Positions 41,520-51,131 of a DNA stretch of 64,000 nt are shown here, one piece after another. Position 1 is the stretch's first letter. Each line of letters starts with the position of its first letter. The notes below the pieces were generated by a model, which had not been told where the DNA came from, did not search any database, and saw only the letters and a list, made by a program, of their open reading frames with translations. Origin of the DNA: a bacterium (GTDB lineage Bacteria > Bacteroidota > Ignavibacteria > UBA10030); assembly GCA_043803945.1 (NCBI GenBank), contig JAZDJN010000111.1:1-64000 (forward strand), written 5' to 3'. The position numbers were made by a program, and so were the translations under genes.

Positions 41520-42560
41520 CTATCTGCCTGGTTTTGAACTTTGTGCTGCCTGTCTCTGGATTTTTCTGTACGATCGGACCGCTCTTTGATGTTCATCGAG
41601 CGTCTTTGAGAAGCGATGCCCGCCCTGGCCATTTGCTACGAAATAGTAGTAGGAATGGTTCTCCGGATAGAGAACACCGAGAATTGAACTACGACCTGGA
41701 TTCCCTATCGGACCCGGGGGCAATCCATAATTGAGATAGGTGTTATAAGCAGAATTGATTCTTAAGTCGTTGTAAGTTAACCGGTGTGAATTTTCTACAA
41801 CGATATATTGGACTGTTGGATCAGCTTGAAGCTTCATACCTTTTCTTAATCTGTTGAGGTACACCCCGGCAACCCGAGCCCGCTCACCGCTAAGTGCAGT
41901 TTCAGCTTCAACAATCGATGCCAATGTGAGAACGTCATTGAGCGATATCCTCATCCTTTCCTGTTGTTGCTGTAAGCTGTCGACATAGAATCGTTTAAAC
42001 TCATCCACCATCGTCTGGATTATATCCCGTTCATCAGTCTGCCAGAATAATTTGTATGTCTCTGGCATCAGGTACCCTTCCAGTGTGGAAGACTCCAGGC
42101 CCAACTCCTTGATGAACTCCTTTTCCCTGCACAACTCAAGAAACCGCTTCTGATCAATTCCAAGGTAATGTTCAAATCGTTTTGCAATTCTCTCCTTTCG
42201 CCAGCCCTCGGGAATAACTACGGTAATCTGAAGGCGTGATTCCCCCGTGGAAAGGCTTTTCAGGAGCGTACTATTTGAGAGGCCGGATTCGAACTGGTAT
42301 TTCCCATAATGGATGGACTTTGAGAGACCGAGAATTTTTCCTGCTCCAATGAAGGACCATCGACGCACGAGTACGCCGGCATTCGTCAATGAGTCAGCTA
42401 CCGCGGAAAGTGCAGCACCTTTCGGGATGGTTACGATATTCTCGCTCGCGCGGATGGAAGTATTGGATTCCCAAAGAATAAGATAGAGGAGCAAAAGACA
42501 AATCAGTAACGCGGAAAGAACAGTAATTCCTAATAATCGTATTTTCAATTTCGTAATCAT
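41520..42560 (-). CDS. mltG: Endolytic murein transglycosylase
   Basis: IPEG, LEGYLMPETY, LASIVEAE, LQADPTV, YNTY...GLPPGPI.NPG. Confidence 0.95.
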   Translation of the reverse strand: MITKLKIRLLGITVLSALLICLLLLYLILWESNTSIRASENIVTIPKGAALSAVADSLTNAGVLVRRWSFIGAGKILGLSKSIHYGKYQFESGLSNSTLLKSLSTGESRLQITVVIPEGWRKERIAKRFEHYLGIDQKRFLELCREKEFIKELGLESSTLEGYLMPETYKLFWQTDERDIIQTMVDEFKRFYVDSLQQQQERMRISLNDVLTLASIVEAETALSGERARVAGVYLNRLRKGMKLQADPTVQYIVVENSHRLTYNDLRINSAYNTYLNYGLPPGPIGNPGRSSILGVLYPENHSYYYFVANGQGGHRFSKTLDEHQRAVRSYRKIQRQAAQSSKPGR

Positions 42561-42566
42561 CGAGTA

Positions 42567-43583
42567 TCAGATCACCAGCTCTAATCCTGGTTCGGCGGTT
42601 AACTCAAGGTTTGATGTTTTTCCAACCAGTAATTTCCGATAGCCTACCATTGCCACCATGGCACCGTTATCCGTACAATATTCAAATTTCGGAATGAAGA
42701 GATTAAGATGATGTTCAGTTGCAGCCTGGTTCAGCATCCCACGCAACCCGGAGTTGGCCGCTACACCACCGGCTACGGCGATATCACGAACTTTGCATTG
42801 CTTTGCAGCCCAGATTGTTTTTGTTACCAAGACTTCGATGACAGCAGCCTGAAAACTTGCACAGACATCCTGTACGAATGGTCTGTTGTGCTCAAGTAAA
42901 TCGGGCAAATACTTTTTTTTGCGCAGGAAGTAAAGAACGGAAGTTTTTAATCCACTGAAACTGAATTCGAAAGATCCATCCTGCAGATAAGGTCTCGGAA
43001 ACTCGACCGCTTTTGGATTCCCAAGTTTGGCGTATGCATCAACCAGAGGCCCTCCGGGATACCCTAAACCCAACATTTTTGCCACCTTATCAAAAGCCTC
43101 CCCGGCAGCGTCATCCTTTGTCTTTCCAAGTATCGAATATTCAAATGGTTGTCGGACCAAGACCAGCTCAGTATGACCGCCGGAAATTGTAAGGTTGACG
43201 AAGGGAAACCTTGGACTGGGTTCATTAATGAGATTGGAAAAAATATGGGCCTCCATATGATTGACTCCGATGAATGGAATTCCCAGCCCAAGAGCCATAG
43301 CTTTTCCAAAACTTAATCCGACGAGTATCGCACCTACCAGACCCGGACCATGCACCGCTGCAATTGCGTAAAGATCTTCTTTCTTCACCCCACCTTTTGC
43401 AAGAGCCTCATCGACGATTGGCACAATCCGTTGCTGATGTGACCGGGATGCCAGTTCTGGGACCACACCGCCATATTGCGAATGGAAATATTGGGTCGCT
43501 GTGACATTAGATAGAAGAATCCCATCCCGCACAACTGCAGCGGAGGTTTCGTCACACGACGTCTCAATTCCAAGAATTGTCAT
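42567..43583 (-). CDS. tsaD: tRNA N6-adenosine threonylcarbamoyltransferase
   Basis: GIETSCDET, VNHMEAH, SGGHT, DDAAGEAFDK, CTDNGAM. Confidence 0.97.
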   Translation of the reverse strand: MTILGIETSCDETSAAVVRDGILLSNVTATQYFHSQYGGVVPELASRSHQQRIVPIVDEALAKGGVKKEDLYAIAAVHGPGLVGAILVGLSFGKAMALGLGIPFIGVNHMEAHIFSNLINEPSPRFPFVNLTISGGHTELVLVRQPFEYSILGKTKDDAAGEAFDKVAKMLGLGYPGGPLVDAYAKLGNPKAVEFPRPYLQDGSFEFSFSGLKTSVLYFLRKKKYLPDLLEHNRPFVQDVCASFQAAVIEVLVTKTIWAAKQCKVRDIAVAGGVAANSGLRGMLNQAATEHHLNLFIPKFEYCTDNGAMVAMVGYRKLLVGKTSNLELTAEPGLELVI

Positions 43584-43681
43584 TGTTGCCGATCTAATTG
43601 TTCTCTCATAAGCTCATGATTATAATCGTTTCTTCTCACACCTCTACTCCAAGTTTTATGATATGAACATCGTTGCAGGAT

Positions 43682-43710
43682 ATTGTAACCAAAAAAATAG
43701 GATGGTGCAA
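43682..43710 (-). promoter_or_regulatory. Sigma70-type promoter of tsaD
   Basis: TTGCAC-N17-TACAAT on the minus strand. Confidence 0.55.
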
Positions 43711-43846
43711 GAACTGGGCGACTTGATTTTCGGTCTTTGAATGACTGCACTATACCGAAATACTATGAGGAAGATGAGCACCGACTGCTTCCACCGACTG
43801 ATCTTAAAACACTTTTGACGAATCTTTTGAGCGGATCAATCATCAA

Positions 43847-43875
43847 TTGACTTCCTAAAAGGAAACTGATACTTT
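43847..43875 (+). promoter_or_regulatory. Putative promoter of the ERCC4 gene with a palindrome in the spacer
   Basis: TTGACT-N17-TACTTT containing TTCCT-AAA-AGGAA. Confidence 0.5.
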
Positions 43876-43908
43876 TCGGTTGAAAGAAAATCCTTCACGG
43901 GAATTTTG

Positions 43909-44559
43909 ATGCAGAGAGAGCGCCGAATCGTTCAAATTATTATAGATGATCGCGAAGCGAATACGGAAGTCACCCGGGTGCTTCAGGAAATGGAAGGAGT
44001 GGAAGTCACCGTTCAGCGTCTTTCTTTGGGTGACTATCAAATAGATGGAAAGCTTCTTGTTGAACGGAAAACACTCTTTGATTTAGCCGCTTCTATCAAG
44101 GACGGTCGGTTGTTTGAACAGGCGTGCAAGCTTGCTTCAAACCCAATGCGCAGCGTCGTGATCCTTGAGGGAACTGCTGAAGACCTGACTCACAGCCGCA
44201 TGAGCCGTGAAGCAATTCAGGGTGCTCTCATCACCATCACTATCATCCTCGGCATACCATTATTGAGGTCAAGAGATGCTCAGGAGAGTGCTCGCCTGCT
44301 CTTGTATGCAGCGAGACAGATGGGAACAATCCCCTTCCGTTCTTTTCAACGGAAAGGCAAACGCCCGAAAGGGAAACGTGCTCTCCAGTTGCGGCTGCTC
44401 CAGGATCTCCCCGGAATAGGTCCTGAGCGAGCCAATCGGCTTCTGGAAGCATTCGGAAGTATTGAAGCTGTCGTTACTATGCCCGCTGATCGATTAGCAG
44501 TGGTGAATGGTATTGGCTTCAAGACAGCCCGAAAGATTCGGTGGGCAGTGAGTCCGTAA
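43909..44559 (+). CDS. ERCC4/XPF-family structure-specific endonuclease with tandem HhH
   Basis: IIDDRE, GDY...VERKT..DL.ASI.DGRL.EQ nuclease motif; HhH motifs LPGIGP and VNGIG. Confidence 0.9.
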   Translation: MQRERRIVQIIIDDREANTEVTRVLQEMEGVEVTVQRLSLGDYQIDGKLLVERKTLFDLAASIKDGRLFEQACKLASNPMRSVVILEGTAEDLTHSRMSREAIQGALITITIILGIPLLRSRDAQESARLLLYAARQMGTIPFRSFQRKGKRPKGKRALQLRLLQDLPGIGPERANRLLEAFGSIEAVVTMPADRLAVVNGIGFKTARKIRWAVSP

Positions 44560-44657
44560 TGCGCGAAGTGCTATTCTTCTTTGTTAGATTCTTACTTCTG
44601 ATTTCTGGAGAGGAAGTCATTATCTGGAGACCCGGTTGAAAAGTATAGGAAATAATT

Positions 44658-44776
44658 TAACCACTAAGGACACGAAGGAAGAGCTTTAAAAATGATAAAA
44701 TTTCAAATCAATGTATGTTCATTTTATACTTTGTGTTCTTTCCTGCCTGCCGGCAGGCAGGGTGTCCTTCGTGGTT
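44658..44776. repeat. REP/MITE-like inverted repeat with nested 20-bp perfect palindrome
   Basis: TAACCACTAAGGACACGAAGGA ... GTGTCCTTCGTGGTT; CCTGCCTGCCGGCAGGCAGG at 44742-44761 interrupts the right arm. Confidence 0.8.
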
Positions 44777-44814
44777 GGACTTTTCGTCCAGGGTTCTAGA
44801 AGATGAGGGAATAT

Positions 44815-45945
44815 TCATTTCCCGCATTTGGGACATATCCGGGGATGGCAAACCTGGCAAACAGCCTTTCCGCATCTACTACATCTAAAGCAATTCTGAC
44901 ACAAAATGTGCAGCCGATCGTCACAGAGAGAGAAACTGCTGAGCTCCTGCCCGCAATGCTCACAACTGATGTCTTCGAAATCTTTCTTGAGTGGATTCCA
45001 GACCAAGAATAGTTCCCGCTTACACTGTCTCCGCTGAACCTCGTAAGCAACGACAATGACGTTCATATAGATTCTCATTGCATTCAGGAATTCAACATTG
45101 ATCTTGATTTTGTAGCGTTCTTTTTGATCCAGCAGTTTTTTCTTCAACTCAAGCCGGGTTGCCTCGATGCGCTGCATCTCGGTTTGTTTTTCTTTTCCTG
45201 TCAATGCTCGACGATTAATCTTCCTTTCTATTTCCGCAATGAGAGTACCGTAGTACTGACTCACCCTCTCGATGTCTCTTTGCAGCCGTCTATTGAGACT
45301 ACGCTGAAAATGCAGAAGTTCATGCTCGATGATGCGTCGAGCGCTCTTGGTAAGCGCTCGATAGATTTTGTCTATTGGCTTTCGCTCAACCGCAATGGTG
45401 GAGGGAAGGTATTCAGAGTCTGACCACGCGAGCATCGTCGTTAGCTCATCGGCAATGGAACCGGAAAATTCATTCACAGCGCACCTGCTGATTCCCTCCT
45501 TGCGTTCGTCCGAAAGTGCACTATACTTGCAGTTACAGATCAGATAGGAGGTCATTTGTTCATGATATTCTATCATTCTTCCGATGCCATTAAGAACTGT
45601 GAAGTGACTCTGTACAGCGGCGCTAAGACCTGTTTGTTTGAGGTACAGACCTTTTATGAGTCTTTCGGTACAGAGACCTCGCTCCACCAAAAGTCTTGAG
45701 AGCGGTTGGAGAAATTCAGGATTATACATCACAAGGTTGGATACGCCTGCCCTAACTGTTTGTTCCTCAGATTGGCTATCTACAGGACTGCTCTCAAAGA
45801 GAAGAGTAATCTCCTCGGCAACATTCAAGTGTGCAGCGACATCCGGTGGGAAGAGAACATGGATCGAACCATCATTCATTTCCTCTAAGAGAGCTCCGGT
45901 AATCTGAAGAATCGTTTCAACTTTTTCTGCAATCGGATTATTCAA
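44815..45945 (-). CDS. YqhG-like protein with C-terminal multi-Cys Zn-binding domain
   Basis: Directly downstream of a YqhH-like SNF2 gene; coiled-coil DIERVSQYY region; C-terminal CEHC/C..H..C..C.C..C...C..CH..C..C cluster. Confidence 0.6.
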   Translation of the reverse strand: MNNPIAEKVETILQITGALLEEMNDGSIHVLFPPDVAAHLNVAEEITLLFESSPVDSQSEEQTVRAGVSNLVMYNPEFLQPLSRLLVERGLCTERLIKGLYLKQTGLSAAVQSHFTVLNGIGRMIEYHEQMTSYLICNCKYSALSDERKEGISRCAVNEFSGSIADELTTMLAWSDSEYLPSTIAVERKPIDKIYRALTKSARRIIEHELLHFQRSLNRRLQRDIERVSQYYGTLIAEIERKINRRALTGKEKQTEMQRIEATRLELKKKLLDQKERYKIKINVEFLNAMRIYMNVIVVAYEVQRRQCKRELFLVWNPLKKDFEDISCEHCGQELSSFSLCDDRLHILCQNCFRCSRCGKAVCQVCHPRICPKCGK

Positions 45946-45971
45946 CCTGGAATCCTTCTACTCTCATCGGT

Positions 45972-47705
45972 TCACACCTCCAGATCTTCCGAGAACAATG
46001 CTTCATCCAATCGCTTTGTCTCTTGATATGCACTTTTCGCCTTGAGCAGGTCATCGGCAAACGAATCGAATTCGCCGCGCAAATCTGCTTCGGAGGTTGC
46101 CCGCAGCCAGATATGCATAACGATGTCGTCAAAATCTTCCTCCATATTCAAATTGCCGAGTATGCTGTCGATCTCTCCGACAACGAGCTCAAACATATTG
46201 ATCTTATCATTCAGAATGTGAAGGATGTGCTCCTCGATGCTTCCTCTGATGCAAAAATTAAAGATAAAGACATCCTTCGTCTGTCCTATACGATGAATTC
46301 GTCCAATTCGCTGCTCGATGCGCATCGGATTCCACGGCAGGTCGAAGTTCACTATGGTCTGGCAGAACTGCAAGTTTCTTCCTTCACCTCCGGCCTCCGT
46401 GGAGAGAAGAATATCAACATCATCCCGAAAACTTCGAATGGCATCATCCTTCTGTGAATTGTTCATCGAGCCTTTGAATTCCGCAAATCGGATGTTTGAT
46501 TCTCGCAGGATCGAACCGACATATTCGAGGGTCTTCACATATTGTACAAAGATGATCAGTTTCCCCGGTGCCTTCCTGATAAGATCGAGAAGTCTCTTTC
46601 CTTTTTCGGATTCACGAACATGATGCACAAGCTCCATCAATCTCTCCAACTCAGGATATCGCATTCGCACACGGAGGGCGCTAATCGATTCTTCTGCCGC
46701 CTGCGGAGAACTCCCGGCCTTCCGAAGCAGCGAATTGAGTGTTAGGCGGTCGAGCCCTCGTTCTTGATGAAAGTGATTTTTGATAAACGCTGTCGTTGCC
46801 TCATAGAACTCTCGTTCTGCTGAGGACGGATCCACGATGATTGTTGTGGCAAACCGCCTGGGAAGCTTGACATCAACAACACTCCGGATATTGCGTACCA
46901 TCACCTCGCGAAGAAGATCTCTCAGCTTCTCGTGATTTCTCGGCATCTTAAGATTACCGGGCGCGACATATTCCCGCTTGAACTGTGCCTCTGTTTTCAA
47001 GACACCCGGCATGAGCAACGTTAAAAGATTGTATAATTCCAACAGGTTATTTTGAACAGGTGTCGCAGTCAGGAGGAAGATGAATCGTTTTTTTAAATTA
47101 TTGACGAGTTTCCAGTTCAGTGAAGTTCGATTCTTCAGGTGATGTGCTTCATCGACGATGACAAGATCCCATTCGGCTTTCGTGACATCGGCATAGTGCG
47201 TTTTGGATTTGGCGATATTAATCGATGCAACAATGATCCTATGTTTCTGCCAAAACCTCGCTGTCCGCGTCTCCCCCATCTCATCAGTCGTTGCACACTC
47301 AATGGAAAATTTTGTGAGCAACTCTTCCTGCCATTGGGATACCAGCGAAGTGGGTGTCAGGATGAGTGCCCTATGGACGAGACCCCGCATGAGATATTCC
47401 TTCAGCAGAATACCAGCCTCGATAGTCTTTCCCAGGCCAACCTCATCTGCCAGCAGCACTCTCCCCCCAAAGTATTTCAGCACTTTCCTTACAGTTTCGA
47501 TCTGATACCAGTACTTCTGGATAGGAAGATGGTCGAGACAGACGAGTTCATCGAAACCACTGAGGAGTGAAAGGTGTGCAAGATTCAATCGCGCATTGTA
47601 GCAATCAAGGCTTTCGCTCCTTGATTGAACAATCTTCGCAAGTTTCTCTGGCCCACCAAACTGGAATTGGGTTTCAACGACGGCGTCGGATTCTGAGTTC
47701 TCCAT
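45972..47705 (-). CDS. SNF2-family ATPase (YqhH/RapA-like)
   Basis: LLADEVGLGKT, DEAH, LTATPVQN, STEAGGEGRNLQ, EQRIGRIHRIGQ. Confidence 0.92.
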   Translation of the reverse strand: MENSESDAVVETQFQFGGPEKLAKIVQSRSESLDCYNARLNLAHLSLLSGFDELVCLDHLPIQKYWYQIETVRKVLKYFGGRVLLADEVGLGKTIEAGILLKEYLMRGLVHRALILTPTSLVSQWQEELLTKFSIECATTDEMGETRTARFWQKHRIIVASINIAKSKTHYADVTKAEWDLVIVDEAHHLKNRTSLNWKLVNNLKKRFIFLLTATPVQNNLLELYNLLTLLMPGVLKTEAQFKREYVAPGNLKMPRNHEKLRDLLREVMVRNIRSVVDVKLPRRFATTIIVDPSSAEREFYEATTAFIKNHFHQERGLDRLTLNSLLRKAGSSPQAAEESISALRVRMRYPELERLMELVHHVRESEKGKRLLDLIRKAPGKLIIFVQYVKTLEYVGSILRESNIRFAEFKGSMNNSQKDDAIRSFRDDVDILLSTEAGGEGRNLQFCQTIVNFDLPWNPMRIEQRIGRIHRIGQTKDVFIFNFCIRGSIEEHILHILNDKINMFELVVGEIDSILGNLNMEEDFDDIVMHIWLRATSEADLRGEFDSFADDLLKAKSAYQETKRLDEALFSEDLEV

Positions 47706-47761
47706 TGTGAAGAATAATAAGAGATTGTTGAAGATACAATACGAGGATCTAAAAACAAGCC

Positions 47762-47790
47762 TTGCCTCTCTCTCCTTTTCTTGCTATATT
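47762..47790 (+). promoter_or_regulatory. Sigma70-type promoter of rpmB
   Basis: TTGCCT-N17-TATATT. Confidence 0.6.
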
Positions 47791-47827
47791 GAACTTGCAA
47801 GTTGAAATAAATATTTGGAGTTTTTCG

Positions 47828-48019
47828 ATGGCAAGAATTTGTGAAGTTTGTGGAAAAAAACCAATGGCTGGTAACCATGTGAGCCATGCGCATAACCGCG
47901 TTCCACGCCGTTTCCTCCCCAATTTACAGCGTGTACGTGCGAAAATGAACGGAACAGTCCGCCGCATCGATGTCTGCACAAGTTGCATTAAGTCGGGAAA
48001 AGTACAGAAAGCTGCCTGA
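47828..48019 (+). CDS. rpmB: 50S ribosomal protein L28
   Basis: [20 protein letters not shown]...R.FLPNLQ, VCTSCIK. Confidence 0.97.
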   Translation: MARICEVCGKKPMAGNHVSHAHNRVPRRFLPNLQRVRAKMNGTVRRIDVCTSCIKSGKVQKAA

Positions 48020-48049
48020 AGCGGGCAACGAGCCGTAAGAAGGATTTTC

Positions 48050-48084
48050 AAAAAAATCCCGCACAGCGTGTCGGGATTTTTTAT
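48050..48084 (+). terminator. Terminator after rpmB
   Basis: AAAAAATCCCG-CAC..GTGT-CGGGATTTTTT. Confidence 0.75.
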
Positions 48085-48141
48085 TCCTAATCATTCATTC
48101 ATCATCTTTGCGGTGTTCTCGAACTTGGGGAAACATACTCG

Positions 48142-48774
48142 ATGAAGGTCGCTTTTACACCACCGAACCAACTTACGTATCTTCGTATCCTGCTCAGCCC
48201 GGTGTTTATGCTTCTCATCTTCTCCTCCAACATCGTGCTAAAGCAACTCTCGGTCGTTGTATTTATCATTGCTCTCATGACAGATTGGTACGATGGTTGG
48301 GTTGCCCGGAAGTGGGGCTATATCTCTCGATGGGGTACATTCATCGATCCTCTTGCCGATAAATTTCTCACATCGGCAGCATTCATTTCCTTTGTCCTGC
48401 TCGATCTTGTTCCCTCATGGTCTGTCTGGATCATTGTTATTCGAGACATCACCATCACCTTTCTTCGCTCCTACGCTGAATATAAAGATAAACCATTCCA
48501 GACAAGGACGCTGGCAAAAACCAAAACAGCCCTGCAATTCCTTGTCTTGTTCTATATCCTCCTTCTTTATGTCGCACGCCATATGGGACAATTCAGCGGG
48601 CAACAGGCACTGATCGATTCCTTCCTCGATTATCGAGTTCTGACGATCATCATGGCAATTATAACAGCCATCACCCTCTGGAGCGGTATTGCTTATATCA
48701 TTGAAAATTGGAAGACAGTCCGTGGACTCTTCTATTTCACCCAACGAAATCCAGAATCAGAACAGCATGTCTGA
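48142..48774 (+). CDS. pgsA: CDP-diacylglycerol--glycerol-3-phosphate phosphatidyltransferase
   Basis: PNQLT.LR, TD.YDG..AR......G...DPLADK. Confidence 0.92.
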   Translation: MKVAFTPPNQLTYLRILLSPVFMLLIFSSNIVLKQLSVVVFIIALMTDWYDGWVARKWGYISRWGTFIDPLADKFLTSAAFISFVLLDLVPSWSVWIIVIRDITITFLRSYAEYKDKPFQTRTLAKTKTALQFLVLFYILLLYVARHMGQFSGQQALIDSFLDYRVLTIIMAIITAITLWSGIAYIIENWKTVRGLFYFTQRNPESEQHV

Positions 48775-49255
48775 AGAACGGGAAGAATCGAAGCAGAGAG
48801 AGCTTTCCTTTCTTCTCAAACTGTTCGCATCGGGCTTGTATTCCGGTTATTCTCCAATCGCGAGCGGAACTGTCGGTGCGGCTGTTGGCCTGGCAGTCTA
48901 TCTCATCCCCGGATTTGAACAACCACTCGCTATTCTTCCCATCGCAGTGATCACATTCCTCCTGGGTATCAAGTATTCTGGGAGAATGGAAGAAGTATAT
49001 GGCGAAGATCCCGCTCAAGTTACAATCGACGAGGTTGTTGGAATGTGGATTTCGCTGATCCTCTTGCCGAAAAGCCTTCCGATAATTGTGCTGGCGTTTT
49101 TTCTTTTTCGAATTCTCGACATCCTGAAGCCATCGCCGGCACGATACTTCGATCGGCGAAAAGGCGGCTTTGGCATAATGATGGATGATGTAATTTCAGG
49201 AATCTATACGAATGTCGTCTTGCAAGTACTTGTCGCACTCAACATTCTATCATAA
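48767..49255 (+). CDS. pgpA: Phosphatidylglycerophosphatase A
   Basis: SGTVG, DP..VTIDEV.G, FR.LDILKP, GIMMDD. Confidence 0.92.
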   Translation: MSEEREESKQRELSFLLKLFASGLYSGYSPIASGTVGAAVGLAVYLIPGFEQPLAILPIAVITFLLGIKYSGRMEEVYGEDPAQVTIDEVVGMWISLILLPKSLPIIVLAFFLFRILDILKPSPARYFDRRKGGFGIMMDDVISGIYTNVVLQVLVALNILS

Positions 49256-49284
49256 GAAACGAAGAACTACCCTTAGTATACTGT

Positions 49285-50538
49285 ATGAATGCTGAAATTA
49301 TTTCGATCGGCGATGAGTTGTTAATCGGCCAAATCATTAACACGAATCAGGCGTACATTGCCCAACAATTGAATTCGGTCGGAATTTCCATCAGCCGAAT
49401 GACGACTGTCGGCGACCGTGCGGAGGAGATTCTGCAAACATTCGCTAATGCACTTGCAAAAAACGAAATCGTTATTGTAACCGGCGGACTTGGGCCCACC
49501 CATGACGACATTACGCGCTCAGTGGTCTGTGATTTTTTTCATACCGGCCTTATCGTGAACGAACCAGCACTCGAACGAATCACCAGAATCTTCAAAAACC
49601 GCGGCATCCCCATGATCAAACGAAATGAGGATCAGGCGCTCGTCCCGCGGAATTGTACCGTCATTCAAAATCCAATAGGGACAGCACCCGGCTATCTTTT
49701 TGAACGCGAAGGGAAATTCTTTTTCGTGATGCCTGGAGTTCCATTTGAAATGAAGGCGATGATGGAGCAGACGGTGGTCCCTTTTCTCAGAAAGAAACAG
49801 ACGAATTTTATCATACGCCATCGGACGCTCAAAACCACAGGGATCGGTGAATCCATTCTCGCTGAAACGATTGGTGATATTGAAGCACTTCTGTCTCCCT
49901 ACTCTGGATTAACGCTGGCTTTTCTGCCAAGTCCGTTTGGAGTTCGTGTCCGAATTTCTGCCGAGGGGGATACACAGGAATCAGTCGATCGTTCGATCCA
50001 GCACGTGGAGAGTCAGATTCGCGCTAAGGCCGGAAAATACATTTTCGGTACGGATGAAGAAGATTTAGAGCAGGTGATCGGAACATTGCTCATTGAAAAA
50101 GGCTTTTCACTGGCGATAGCAGAGTCGTGTACCGGCGGCTTAATCGCCGATCGGTTAACGAACGTTCCCGGCAGCTCGAACTATTTTGAGCGGGGATTCA
50201 TCACCTACAGCAATACCTCAAAAGAAACTGAACTCAACATCCCTCACGAACTTCTCAAGCGGCATGGTGCTGTGAGTCGGGAGGTCGCCGAGGCGATGGC
50301 AGAAAATGTCCGAATCATCGCAAAGACAGATATCGGCCTCTCCACCACAGGGATTGCCGGACCTGGCGGAGGTTCACCGGAAAAACCGATTGGCCTTGTC
50401 TGGATAGGGTACTCCGACAAGAACGGGACACTATCACTTCGATTTAATTTTGGTGAAGATCGGCGCCGGGTCAAAGAACGGGCATCGCAAGCAGCACTTG
50501 AATTGCTGCGAAGGAAAATTCTCAACAACGAGGTTTAG
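49285..50538 (+). CDS. cinA: CinA / PncC competence-damage-inducible protein
   Basis: IGDELL.G, GGLGPTHDD, PGVP.EM, AESCTGG, GAVS. Confidence 0.95.
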   Translation: MNAEIISIGDELLIGQIINTNQAYIAQQLNSVGISISRMTTVGDRAEEILQTFANALAKNEIVIVTGGLGPTHDDITRSVVCDFFHTGLIVNEPALERITRIFKNRGIPMIKRNEDQALVPRNCTVIQNPIGTAPGYLFEREGKFFFVMPGVPFEMKAMMEQTVVPFLRKKQTNFIIRHRTLKTTGIGESILAETIGDIEALLSPYSGLTLAFLPSPFGVRVRISAEGDTQESVDRSIQHVESQIRAKAGKYIFGTDEEDLEQVIGTLLIEKGFSLAIAESCTGGLIADRLTNVPGSSNYFERGFITYSNTSKETELNIPHELLKRHGAVSREVAEAMAENVRIIAKTDIGLSTTGIAGPGGGSPEKPIGLVWIGYSDKNGTLSLRFNFGEDRRRVKERASQAALELLRRKILNNEV

Positions 50539-50556
50539 CCCTCTACAGGATTCGCT

Positions 50557-51120
50557 ATGCCCATCATCCGAGCATTTATTGCACTCCAAACAGCACATGA
50601 TGTACAAGAACAGATGGGGTATATCCAGGATGAGTTAAAAGCAACGAACAGCGAAGTAAAGTGGGAAGTTCCAGCGAAGTTTCATTGTACATTAAAATTC
50701 CTTGGAGACTCCGATACTACAATTCTTGAAAAGATCAGACAACAGCTTCAATCAGCGGTGCAGGAGATTACTCCCTTTGATCTTACCTATGATGCTCTTG
50801 GTGGATTCCCTAACATTGCGCACCCCCGGGTCATTTGGATTGGCGCCCAACAGTCAGAACCACTAACGAAATTGTATCAGCATGTGGAATCAATCTGTCA
50901 GAACTTCGGTTATGCGAGAGAGGAGAGGAAATTCCATACTCACATCACATTCGGCCGCGTGAAGGGCCCACGCAATATGGCTCGCTTGACTGAAAAACTA
51001 AAAAGCATTACTTTGAAACCGCTTATAAATCACTGTTCCGCAGTTGTCATTATGCGGAGCGAACTTCATCCATCCGGATCAGTCTACACCACAGTGAATT
51101 CAATTCCATTTCACCAGTAA
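50557..51120 (+). CDS. thpR: RNA 2',3'-cyclic phosphodiesterase
   Basis: Two 2H motifs: HCTLKFLG and HITFGR. Confidence 0.9.
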   Translation: MPIIRAFIALQTAHDVQEQMGYIQDELKATNSEVKWEVPAKFHCTLKFLGDSDTTILEKIRQQLQSAVQEITPFDLTYDALGGFPNIAHPRVIWIGAQQSEPLTKLYQHVESICQNFGYAREERKFHTHITFGRVKGPRNMARLTEKLKSITLKPLINHCSAVVIMRSELHPSGSVYTTVNSIPFHQ

Positions 51121-51131
51121 GGGAGTGCGCT

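Noticed and set aside
43853-43863. Bacteroidetes-type LexA box
   Set aside because: The sequence is TCC-N5-GGA, the opposite arrangement to the GGA-N5-TCC motif I recall for that group.
41401-44776. Composite transposon bounded by the 22-nt identical repeats
   Set aside because: The enclosed genes include core tsaD and mltG, and there is no transposase or target duplication.
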